64,000 bases of DNA from Bacteroidota bacterium (GTDB taxonomy: Bacteria; Bacteroidota; Bacteroidia; NS11-12g; UBA955): NCBI GenBank assembly GCA_024103355.1, contig JAGFIU010000043.1, forward strand, positions 2,102 through 66,101. The letters are read 5' to 3'. Below are positions 37,301 through 46,183 of this stretch, piece after piece; the first letter of the stretch is position 1; the number at the start of each line of letters is the position of its first letter. Under the pieces are notes generated by a model that did not search any database, had not been told where the DNA came from, and saw only the letters and a list, made by a program, of their open reading frames with translations. The translations under genes and the position numbers were made by a program.

Positions 37301-40300
37301 AAGGGATTCAATTCAATTCTAATGTTTCTCAATATGACAGCACAAGCACAGTTCCTCAAGGCAGTGCGGAAACTATTACCTATCGTTGGGAATTTGCTCC
37401 GGGCATACCCTACAACACGTTATCCGATCCTTTTGTTCTGTTGAAAGAAGGTGATTACAATGTTAAACTAAAGGTTACCAATACAACGGGATGTGAAGAC
37501 TCCTCTTTTAAAAGTATAAGCATCATCGGTCCAAAAGCAGAGTTTGTATTTCTTTCCGACTCTATCGGTTGTCAACCCCTGGAGGTTACTTTCAAAAACA
37601 AAAGTAAAGGTGCCACAAATTATATTTGGAGATTCAAAGACAGCAGTGGAAATGTGTTGAACACCGTCTCCTCCGGCAATGTTAGCTTTACTTATCCTCA
37701 GTTTGGAAAATATTATCCGTCTCTTACTGTTCAAGGAACTTATATCAAAAATGGAGTAAGTATTACCTGTTCCAATACTTTTCCTGACTCTATTCCTAAG
37801 CCATTTAGGGAAATTACAGTATTGGAAATCCCCAAACCTGATTTCACCCATGTTACCAACTGTTTCAGCAAAACCACACAGTTTACTAACAAGACTTATA
37901 CAGGTAGTTCAACTCTGAACTCTGTTTATTGGGATTTTGGAGACGGCAGCACTTCTACTGACAACAATCCTTCTCATCAATACAGTGATACCGGAAGATA
38001 TACAATAACATTAATTGCTTATTCTGCAAACGGCTGCTCAGATACATTAAAACGAATGATTGTCATATCCCCTACTCCAATCCCCAATTTTAATTTTACA
38101 AACCAATGTGCCGGAGTTCCCATTCAATTCAAAGATTCAACAAAAACGTTTAATGATGTTATTGTCAATTGGAGCTGGAGTTTTGGCGATAGCACTTTCA
38201 GCAATCTGAATATTGAAAATAAAAGCTATGCAAAAGGAGGTTCTTACAATGTTAAACTGGTCGTTACCAATATGGCAGGTTGTTCCGATTCTGTTTCTAA
38301 AATAGTAAAGGTTCATTATAAACCTCTTGTTAATTTCTCGGTTCCACATACTTGTTCCCATCAAGACTTGGCAATTTCAAATCTGAGCAGTGTTGCAGAC
38401 ACTACACTCTCTTATCAATGGAATTTTGCAGACGGGACATATTCTACAGATTTTGCTCCCTCAAAATCATATACAAATAACGGCAATTACAAAATCAAAC
38501 TGCAAGCATTGAGTGGCTTTGGCTGCGTTGATTCTATTACAAAAAACATTCAAATAAACCCAACGCCTTATAGCAATTTTAATATCAATAGTGCTACACA
38601 GTGTTTTGCCGAACATGAGTTTGTGTTTAGCAATACAACATCACTTGTATCAGGTACATTTTCTTCACTCTGGAAGTTTGGAGATGGGAATACGAGCGTT
38701 ATCAAATCTCCCACACATCAATATACAAGCATAGGCTCCTATGCCATTGACTTGATTACCACCTCTGATTTTGGTTGTAAAGACACCATTTCTAAAAGCG
38801 TGACAGTGCAATCCAATCCATCAGCCAATTTCACTATTGACAAAGTTCAACAATGTTTGCTCGGCAATGCCTTTACTTTTACTGATATTACTGGTACTCC
38901 TAACAGAACATGGCAAATCAAAGGAATTAACTATGCAGATAGTGTACTCAAATACAGTTTTGTTGACACCGGAGTTCACACAATTCGCATGGTTGCCATA
39001 TCAACAAATACTTGTACTGATACAATCTATCGAACGGTAGAAGTGCTTCCCATGCCGATTGCAAAAATTGGTGTAAACAGCCCGGGACAATGCGTAAACA
39101 ACCAAAATTTCTCCTTTTCCGACTTAACAACACTTGCCAAATATCCATCATGGACTCCTTCTTGGGATTTCGGAAACGGGAAAACCGCTGGAATTTCCAA
39201 CCCGACCACAAGTTATGACACTGCCGGATTTTATACTGTTACGCTAAAAGTGCTTTCAAGCAAAGGTTGTGCTGATACCACTCAATACAAAGTTGAGGTT
39301 TATTCTAAACCAACACCTGATTTTGCTATCAATGATGACGAGCAATGTCAATTGAACAACTTGTTTGTGTTCACAAATAAGTCAAAAGTTGCAAAAGGCT
39401 CACTCTCTTATCAATGGACATTTGGTGATGGGGCAAGCAGTATTCTAACCAATCCAAAACACAGCTATACACTAAAAGGAAATTTACCTGTTAAACTCAT
39501 TACGACCAGTTCCTTAGGTTGTGTGGACTCGATTTCGCGAACCATTACTTTGCGAGCAAAACCAACCGCTTCAATAGCAGTAAACAAAGCACAACAATGT
39601 ATCAATCCCAATTTGTTCACTTTCAGCAGTAAGAGTCAAAGCAATGAGGGTTCTTTTGTTTCTTACGAATGGAACATTCCTTCACAGCCAATAAGCAGTT
39701 TGCAAACCAATGACACATTTTTCTATAGTTTTCCAAACTATGGAGCATTCCCTGTTCATCTCTATGTTACAACGAGTTTCGGCTGCGCTGATTCTACTCA
39801 AATGTCTGTTGAAGTTTATCCAAAACCCAAATCTTTGTTTTCTATCAATGATTCTACACAATGCCTTAACAAACAACTATTTTCTTTCAGCAACTTAAGC
39901 ACAATTCCCTACGGTACATTGAGCTATCAATGGACTTTTGGAGATGGCAAAGGCTCTACCGCTAAACATCCTTCTTATACCTTCAACAACGCTGATACTT
40001 TTATTGTAAAAATGATTGCAACCTCAAACAATAATTGCAAGGATACTACCTCTTTGCCCGTGATTGTATATCCCAAACCCTTTGTTAATTTTAACATCAA
40101 CGACTCAGGACAGTGTCTGACAGGTAATCTCTATGAATTAAACAATCTTAGCAACATTTCTTATGGCACTTTATCATATTTCTGGGATTTAGGAAATGGT
40201 AAAACATCAACTCAAAAAGACACACAAATCAGCTACAATGCTTATGGTACATATAAGATTTTATTACAATCAACCTCTAACTTTGGTTGTATAGATAGCG

Positions 40301-41796
40301 TTTCGTATAAAGTAAAAGTTTATCCAAAGCCTACACCTGACTTTGCTATCAACAAAGAGAAACAATGTTTGAATGAGAACCAATATAAAATCAGCTCTCG
40401 TTCCAATATTGCTTATGGTACTTTGACCTATCAATGGCAATTAGGTGATGGCGCAACAGCAAGCGGTGACTCTATAATTCATCATTACAACAATATAGGC
40501 ACCTATACTATCAAAATGGTTTCAACCTCAAACTTTGGTTGTGTGGATTCAAGCAGTAAAGAAATCAGGATTTGGGCAAATCCTCAAAGTGCTTTTGCCG
40601 CCAACAATCCTGCACAATGTATTAATACACAAGATTTTCAATTTATCAATCAATCCCGCATTAATGAAGGCGCTATCGATTCACAGACATGGAATTTTGG
40701 CAACGGAAATTTCAGTAACTCACAATCTCCAAACCAATTTTTCAAAAGTACCGGACGTTATCGAATCAGTCTGATATCTCATTCTGACAGCGGCTGTTTG
40801 GATTCTGCTGTCAACTATATTGATATTTATCCAAAACCCGAAGCCGCTTTTGATATCAATGACACATCACAGTGTTTATATACCAACCTATTTGAGTTTA
40901 CTGACCAATCAAAAGACACATTGAACCTCATCAATTATCGTTGGATATTAGGTAATGACAGTTCTGCTAACTCAAAAAATACATCCTTTAAATTTAATAA
41001 AATTGGTTTTCACGACATAGAACATCAAGTAATATCAGAATTGGGTTGTGCAGACACCATAATCAGAAAGATATATGTAAAGCCAATGCCTGACCCGAGT
41101 TTTGAAAAATTGGATATTTATTATTGTAATAACAAAGGGCCATTTTCATTCAACACAACCACACCGGGTGGAACTTTCTACGGTAAAAACATAGAAAACA
41201 ATCTATATATGCCTCAGATATTGTGGAGAGACACCATCGAATATAAAGTAACCGTAGATGGATGTTTGGATTCAAGTTCTCAGGTTACACAGGTCTATCC
41301 GGCTCCTTCTGTCTTTCTCGGCTCAGACACCATGCTTTGCAAATATGAATCATTGGAATTTGATGTTAGCTTTTGGAACAGCACTTACGAATGGCAGGAT
41401 CGAAATAAAGAGGCAAAATACCTAGTTAAACGTCCCGGATTATACAAGGTTACCGTAACCAATTTTTGCGGTTCTGTTTCGGATTCTGTTTATGTAGAAT
41501 ATGGGGAATATAATTGCCGATTATATCTGCCTACATCTTTTAGCCCAAACAAAGACGGGCTTAATGATTATTACAACCCCATTACGTATGATGTTGAAAG
41601 TTTTCATATCCAGATTTTCAACCGCTGGGGGCAAATGGTTTATGACGGCACACAAAACGACCCCGGATGGGATGGCTCCTATATGGGAATGCCTTGTGAA
41701 CCCGGAATGTTTATTGTCCAAGTTTCGTATTCATACAAATTCAAAAACGAATACCGAAATATTACAGAAAGCTCCCCACTATACTTGATGAAATAA
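34369..41796 (+). CDS. Giant cell-surface protein with about 23 tandem PKD domains and a T9SS type-B (gliding motility-associated) C-terminal domain. SprB/adhesin-like.
   Basis: 2475 aa with a signal peptide. The W-x-F-G-D-G...N-P-x-H-x-Y...G-x-Y PKD signature recurs about every 90 aa. The C-terminal motif SFSPNKDGLNDYY..IQIFNRWGQMVY..WDG matches the type-B CTD. The probable true start is ATG 34372. Confidence 0.8.
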   Translation: MMALRKTFILLLLSSILIGISRQAKAQCVADYSIISRSCDKDTVHFSFTGNGKKFQWDFDDPASGVRNSDTLSNPKHQFTSAGSYYVRLVVFDSACTDTVTKLVQIYTNPTIAYSYSNNCKNLISKYNSSITIDSVDSIRQIYWFLNNVLIDSGSNISHIFSDTGIINLSTVVVTGEGCTDSFNKPIKVFPAPVIESDKSSACEDKDINFNLKSGFVPEIKNYKWNFGDGSISSQASPKYQFSNGGLYPVSLLLTYSDSSSCLSNADSIKITNKPNTAFRLLSDSVQCFQGNQFCFEFLGREKNLSYRSVIFGDGNKNNTFPLTDSTLYYSYNDSLGRVYSITYEAIDSNGCSNTTTIDSLITLHPKINLLFGYSRTLGCFSTPVSFTNYSNTTPPSIIKFKWDFGDSTLDSTSWNPSHTYTQNGIFSVSLEVLSDKGCQVKTTYNKIIENVNFKADTHLDSVISFCRSDNKFFYKQTPILGASVRWYWGDGDTSYTWSVNKHYNNPGTYYPRIRIWASNCIVDTVFDTITITGPRALASNIINRYQCQIKDTIYFTNSSLFDFNKSRSTFWDFGDIYAPSCTTNLAKGINVGMNCRYSTDSILTQHYYTPGKEQCYYTKLVVSDSIIGCADSTYISLPLTAPKADIDLLATPPRLGMSLNKNRTCLSEEGDYVNVLVLNLNNTQPACARQRWWVMWDSLGARQSGSFDSHWESYADSHYYSFANKPADTNGYVTIGLIIENGSDSSNNVCRDTAWYHHFLKFEIYDPEFVSDYDSTVQYCKGSTFTFRLKDTTQKALSKVIWDWADGSLSQLTSGNLTAPIKHTFYKPGIYKVIVTVITDSGCIATYSKRIEVGYNINFGVSNVYSSSGQRFCENTKIPLSFDVGYIGTTRNEWHDTMRLKAGKEKIRWDMGDGLGYQDLGFPPFSYQYNKGGYYKISLIAEDSVGCMDTMTVPDAILITHIKSKITTSQDSFVCAQGIQFNSNVSQYDSTSTVPQGSAETITYRWEFAPGIPYNTLSDPFVLLKEGDYNVKLKVTNTTGCEDSSFKSISIIGPKAEFVFLSDSIGCQPLEVTFKNKSKGATNYIWRFKDSSGNVLNTVSSGNVSFTYPQFGKYYPSLTVQGTYIKNGVSITCSNTFPDSIPKPFREITVLEIPKPDFTHVTNCFSKTTQFTNKTYTGSSTLNSVYWDFGDGSTSTDNNPSHQYSDTGRYTITLIAYSANGCSDTLKRMIVISPTPIPNFNFTNQCAGVPIQFKDSTKTFNDVIVNWSWSFGDSTFSNLNIENKSYAKGGSYNVKLVVTNMAGCSDSVSKIVKVHYKPLVNFSVPHTCSHQDLAISNLSSVADTTLSYQWNFADGTYSTDFAPSKSYTNNGNYKIKLQALSGFGCVDSITKNIQINPTPYSNFNINSATQCFAEHEFVFSNTTSLVSGTFSSLWKFGDGNTSVIKSPTHQYTSIGSYAIDLITTSDFGCKDTISKSVTVQSNPSANFTIDKVQQCLLGNAFTFTDITGTPNRTWQIKGINYADSVLKYSFVDTGVHTIRMVAISTNTCTDTIYRTVEVLPMPIAKIGVNSPGQCVNNQNFSFSDLTTLAKYPSWTPSWDFGNGKTAGISNPTTSYDTAGFYTVTLKVLSSKGCADTTQYKVEVYSKPTPDFAINDDEQCQLNNLFVFTNKSKVAKGSLSYQWTFGDGASSILTNPKHSYTLKGNLPVKLITTSSLGCVDSISRTITLRAKPTASIAVNKAQQCINPNLFTFSSKSQSNEGSFVSYEWNIPSQPISSLQTNDTFFYSFPNYGAFPVHLYVTTSFGCADSTQMSVEVYPKPKSLFSINDSTQCLNKQLFSFSNLSTIPYGTLSYQWTFGDGKGSTAKHPSYTFNNADTFIVKMIATSNNNCKDTTSLPVIVYPKPFVNFNINDSGQCLTGNLYELNNLSNISYGTLSYFWDLGNGKTSTQKDTQISYNAYGTYKILLQSTSNFGCIDSVSYKVKVYPKPTPDFAINKEKQCLNENQYKISSRSNIAYGTLTYQWQLGDGATASGDSIIHHYNNIGTYTIKMVSTSNFGCVDSSSKEIRIWANPQSAFAANNPAQCINTQDFQFINQSRINEGAIDSQTWNFGNGNFSNSQSPNQFFKSTGRYRISLISHSDSGCLDSAVNYIDIYPKPEAAFDINDTSQCLYTNLFEFTDQSKDTLNLINYRWILGNDSSANSKNTSFKFNKIGFHDIEHQVISELGCADTIIRKIYVKPMPDPSFEKLDIYYCNNKGPFSFNTTTPGGTFYGKNIENNLYMPQILWRDTIEYKVTVDGCLDSSSQVTQVYPAPSVFLGSDTMLCKYESLEFDVSFWNSTYEWQDRNKEAKYLVKRPGLYKVTVTNFCGSVSDSVYVEYGEYNCRLYLPTSFSPNKDGLNDYYNPITYDVESFHIQIFNRWGQMVYDGTQNDPGWDGSYMGMPCEPGMFIVQVSYSYKFKNEYRNITESSPLYLMK

Positions 41797-41810
41797 GAGT
41801 TGTAAGTTTC

Positions 41811-44800
41811 TTATCGCAGCAATTCTATTTTCCCGGTAAAGACCTCTTCTTCTGTAACAACACGAACAAAATAAACGCCTTGTGCAAATGCCGACAGGTT
41901 GATGAAATTATCGTTTTTCAATAACTCTGATACATTAGAACTGAATATTGCCGTTCCCTTTGAATCATATATTTTCAACTCACCGCTTTGAATACCGTTT
42001 TTGAATTCAACTTTAAAAATTCCGGTACCGGGGTTAGGATAAATCAATAACCCGTTTTGTGAAAAAGTTTGAGAAATCCCGAGATTTGTTACAGTGTGTG
42101 AAAACGAGCTGCTACACTCGCAACCTTCAGGAGTTCTGATATTTAATTTCACATTATAATTACCATCCTCTTTAAATTGATGCGTAGGCTTTTTTGCATC
42201 AGAACTATTTCCATCACCAAAGTCCCAAGTATATTCACCATCAAAATCTTGTGCTTCAAACTCATAGCCTCTGTGACCGGGAATCCATATACTATTGATA
42301 GAAAAATCACAAATTGGTGTTACCCCTACCCTAACTTTTTTGTAGGCCGTATCGGAACAAACTGCATTATTTGCAAAAGCAACTAACATCACATTATAAT
42401 TGGTTGCAAGATTAATTTTATAGATATGATTAGGAACAAATACATCATTATATACGGTATCTCCCATATCCCATTTATACTTAGCAATTCCAAAGTTGAC
42501 AATAGTTTTGTTTATTGGTTGAAAAGAAGTTTGAGTACACAAAGTATCTTTCATAGTAAACTGGGCATCCGGCTTATGTCCTGCACCGATTTGCATTGAA
42601 GCGTTATTACTACATCCATTAGAGAAGGTTACTTGTAAATTGACCGTTTTAAGTCCAACATTTCCGAATGTAACGATTGGGGTTGAATCGTAATAATTTT
42701 TCCCATCAATTTTCCACTTAAAGCTTGCACTTTCACCTGCCGGAATCACAACATTTCCCTTAAACAAAGTAGGGTTATTAATACAAGCATCTGAAGTGCT
42801 AATCGATATTTGGGGACTTATTCCTACTAAAATTGATTTTATGATAGAATCTTTACATCCATTGACTGTATTCACAAGCAATTTCACCGACTTACTACCT
42901 TCGGATTGAAAATTATAGGTAGGATTGTTTTGTAAAGACTTTCCTTCACCGGTTCCAAAATGCCACTCACTACTCCAAGTTGAGAAAGCGATTGTAGTTT
43001 TATTAGTAAATCCAACCGGAGTTCCTAAACAAATGGGGCTTACAAAATCAAAATCAGTTTTTGGAACCGGGAATAGAGTCAAGACTTTTGAGAAAGTATC
43101 CTCACACCCACTCTCTGAAGATGCGATTAATCTAATTGCATAATCCCCTGCAGACGTGTAGGTTATTAATGGAGATGTGGTGTCTGAGGTCTGTCCATTC
43201 CCAAAATCCCAACGGTATAAAGTAGTATCTGACTTCCCAATGGTTTTGTTTTGAATGTTAACTTGGCTTCCAAAGCACGCATTGTCCACTGAAAATTTTG
43301 CTTCAGGGTATTCATTTACATGAATGACTTTTGTAAGCGATTTTTCAAATCCAAACACACTTGTGGTTGTTTTAAGAGTGACAGAGTATTTACCCGGGGA
43401 AGTGTATGTATGTCTTGGATTGTATGATTTTGAGGTATTCCCATCTCCAAAATCCCAATCGTAACTAAGTGTTCCGCTTTTAACAAATGATTTATTTTCG
43501 AAAAAAATCTCGGTCGACACACAAGCCTTACTCACAAGAAAATCCGGTTTCCCGTAGGGAGATACAAATATCTTAATACTGATGGTAGAATCACAATTTG
43601 TCAAATCATTATGGATGACGAGTCTTGCTTCAAGCATACTATCAATAACAAAATCCGTTGGACTTATTAACCATTGTCCCTTATTTCCACTGCTTGGTAG
43701 CGGATAATAGTTAGATAAAAGTAACGTATCCATCATCGAATTCAGCACATAGGTTATTACAGAATAATTTGTCAGAGATAAAGGGAAATCAACATCAAAA
43801 CTCAAGGAATCTCCCGGAATGACAACATAATAGTCTCGTGTAGAATCAGGATCTAAACCTTTAGAATGAATACTCTTAGCAATTACAGCAGAAGTAATCC
43901 CTCTGCGAATATTTAGGTTAAAGACCAATGTATCATTACTATTATCATCATCATAATGCGAAATAAAAACTCTTAAAATGGAGTTATCAGGCTCTCCAAT
44001 CAAATCAAATTTTGGAAGTTTAAAGAATGTAGTATCATTTGCTTTAACAGTGTCTATTTCTATGAAGTCAATCGAATGTGAGTTTAAAGCATATCCAATC
44101 TTAGCATCAGTATAATCAAAATTGAATTTACTGATTATAAACCCTTCAAATTCAGGTTTAGATTCGGAGCAGATATCATAATCACCACCATTAAAATCTC
44201 CCATGAGCAAGAAATCGAAATCAACTTCAACCGCTCCAATATCCGGCTTTGAAGAATCTCGAGTAAAACCTAAAATATCATTTGTAATTCCATTTGGATA
44301 GGCAAAGGATTTATAAAAAGTACCTGAACTATTTAATGCCGGATTAAGAAAAGAAAGGTTATTCTTGCCACCATTAACAAATGCAGGGTCTGCATTGATA
44401 TTACTGTCTGCACCGGAGAGAAAATTAAGATTATTCACAGAAATTAAACTTTGTGGGTTATTGGCACCTTGTAAATAGTTGAGGGAGTATATGGCTGCAT
44501 TGTTTGAAGAAGTTGTGGGATTATAATACAGATTATTATTTTTAATCTCATACAAATATTGGAAGTTAGGTCCATTGTTATTTGCAGTCGAGGCTTTCAC
44601 ATTAAAATATGAATTATTATTTGAAAAAATCGTTTGAAGTTGTCTTGGGATAGTGGGATACAAAGGAATACTCTTACTCCCGGAAATGTTGAAATAGTCA
44701 TTTACAGTAACTGTACCCGGATATTGGGTGTAGTCAAATGACCTATAAAAAGTATTATTTATAATATCACCTGTGGTAGCATACCAATCTATAACAAATT

Positions 44801-46112
44801 TTGCCTCTCGAATCGGATTTGAGATAGGTGGATATGCTATGTTATTAGAGAAAACATTGTTTGTGAGATAAACGTTTTGTGCCAGATAGGCTGCAAATGG
44901 GTAAACATTGGCTTTATTATCGTACTTATTGCCTGAATAATTATTAACTACTTTATTATCTTCCACTCTAATAATATTAGTACCGTTATAACCGCTATGC
45001 ATATCTGATGTATTCCCTTCAGTTCTGGATATCGCGATACCATAAAAAGTGTGCGCATTATCAGTTCTGGAACTGTCGCCAATATTTTGAATTGTATTTC
45101 CAATAATCTCAATATCTTGGCTGGGATAAGCAGACAAATAAGGGTAATAGAGCTGGATTCCATAATAATAGGTATCGTCTTTATCATCTTGTATGGGTCC
45201 ATTGGTTGTTCTAACTATGGTATTATTGTTGTACTTTCCTCCACCGGATGCATAAGAATAAATTGCAACACCACTGGCATTAATGATTTTATTTCGAATA
45301 AAAGAATTGTTACCGGAATTTGATGTTCCATCACCTAATTCAAATATACCATATGTAGCTCCACGTCTGCCATTACCATCCAAAACACATATTATTTTGT
45401 TATTCTCAAAAAGATTCCCTTTTCCATTGGCATTTCTCACGTTGTGTTTTAGACTATTAACAGAATTACCAAAAACGACAATGGCTCCGGCATCTGAATA
45501 ATTGGAACGGTTAACTGACTCATCTTGGGTATGGTTAGTATTGATTGTAATCTTATCATAATTAAAGTTGTCATTAGTGATATTGCAATTTCTAAAAATA
45601 TTATAGTCTGCACCATCTGACAGAATCACAGTTTCTGACCAAAGTGTATTCCAATTAACAATTTGCAAACTGTCAAACACGAAATAATCAGCTCCTTTGA
45701 GCCAAAGTACATACTTTGCACTCGGATTAGGATTATAATAAAAATAAGGATAATTCCCTTTTACGACAACTCTTCGGGAGGAATTTAGGGAGTCGTGAGG
45801 TAATATTACGATTTGCTCATTAACAACCGAACTTATAATGTTGAGTACAATATCACCACTTCCGGTCACACCGGGACCCTGAACCGGGCCTCCGTCACTT
45901 CTACTCCCCAATGCAATATCATCAAAAAAAGATTGTAAGTTCGTATAGTTTGTCATACTTGCAGCACTACTTCCGTCCAATGTATAAGAATTGGAAGCAG
46001 AAAGCTGAGCGCGTGAAATTGTTGCATGAAGGATTAAGAAGATAACAACAGCAGCATGTTGAAGCAATCCATTTAGTTTTAAATTAAAGTATTTTTTTTT
46101 CATATATTGCAT
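41811..46112 (-). CDS. Large secreted protein with a parallel beta-helix (pectin-lyase-like) region, several PKD domains and a T9SS type-A C-terminal sorting domain
   Basis: 1433 aa with a signal peptide. There are N-terminal beta-helix-like NN(T/K)I repeats and PKD motifs (WDFGDGNTSKSYNPRHTYTSPGKYSV; WDFGNGQTSDTTSP). The C-terminal tail is LLIYPNPGTGIFKVEF...GVYFVRVVTEEEVFTGKIELLR. Confidence 0.75.
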   Translation of the reverse strand: MQYMKKKYFNLKLNGLLQHAAVVIFLILHATISRAQLSASNSYTLDGSSAASMTNYTNLQSFFDDIALGSRSDGGPVQGPGVTGSGDIVLNIISSVVNEQIVILPHDSLNSSRRVVVKGNYPYFYYNPNPSAKYVLWLKGADYFVFDSLQIVNWNTLWSETVILSDGADYNIFRNCNITNDNFNYDKITINTNHTQDESVNRSNYSDAGAIVVFGNSVNSLKHNVRNANGKGNLFENNKIICVLDGNGRRGATYGIFELGDGTSNSGNNSFIRNKIINASGVAIYSYASGGGKYNNNTIVRTTNGPIQDDKDDTYYYGIQLYYPYLSAYPSQDIEIIGNTIQNIGDSSRTDNAHTFYGIAISRTEGNTSDMHSGYNGTNIIRVEDNKVVNNYSGNKYDNKANVYPFAAYLAQNVYLTNNVFSNNIAYPPISNPIREAKFVIDWYATTGDIINNTFYRSFDYTQYPGTVTVNDYFNISGSKSIPLYPTIPRQLQTIFSNNNSYFNVKASTANNNGPNFQYLYEIKNNNLYYNPTTSSNNAAIYSLNYLQGANNPQSLISVNNLNFLSGADSNINADPAFVNGGKNNLSFLNPALNSSGTFYKSFAYPNGITNDILGFTRDSSKPDIGAVEVDFDFLLMGDFNGGDYDICSESKPEFEGFIISKFNFDYTDAKIGYALNSHSIDFIEIDTVKANDTTFFKLPKFDLIGEPDNSILRVFISHYDDDNSNDTLVFNLNIRRGITSAVIAKSIHSKGLDPDSTRDYYVVIPGDSLSFDVDFPLSLTNYSVITYVLNSMMDTLLLSNYYPLPSSGNKGQWLISPTDFVIDSMLEARLVIHNDLTNCDSTISIKIFVSPYGKPDFLVSKACVSTEIFFENKSFVKSGTLSYDWDFGDGNTSKSYNPRHTYTSPGKYSVTLKTTTSVFGFEKSLTKVIHVNEYPEAKFSVDNACFGSQVNIQNKTIGKSDTTLYRWDFGNGQTSDTTSPLITYTSAGDYAIRLIASSESGCEDTFSKVLTLFPVPKTDFDFVSPICLGTPVGFTNKTTIAFSTWSSEWHFGTGEGKSLQNNPTYNFQSEGSKSVKLLVNTVNGCKDSIIKSILVGISPQISISTSDACINNPTLFKGNVVIPAGESASFKWKIDGKNYYDSTPIVTFGNVGLKTVNLQVTFSNGCSNNASMQIGAGHKPDAQFTMKDTLCTQTSFQPINKTIVNFGIAKYKWDMGDTVYNDVFVPNHIYKINLATNYNVMLVAFANNAVCSDTAYKKVRVGVTPICDFSINSIWIPGHRGYEFEAQDFDGEYTWDFGDGNSSDAKKPTHQFKEDGNYNVKLNIRTPEGCECSSSFSHTVTNLGISQTFSQNGLLIYPNPGTGIFKVEFKNGIQSGELKIYDSKGTAIFSSNVSELLKNDNFINLSAFAQGVYFVRVVTEEEVFTGKIELLR

Positions 46113-46183
46113 TGACTATTTGATTTTCAAATTTGAATTCAATTTTCAAATTCTCCAAATAATCATTACAATTTTAAAGCAAA

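Noticed and set aside
46120-46165. Apparent palindrome around a gaattc site between the TBDR-like gene and the 1433-aa gene
   Set aside because: On checking, the arms are a direct repeat (ttttcaaatt x2), not an inverted repeat. It does not form a terminator hairpin.
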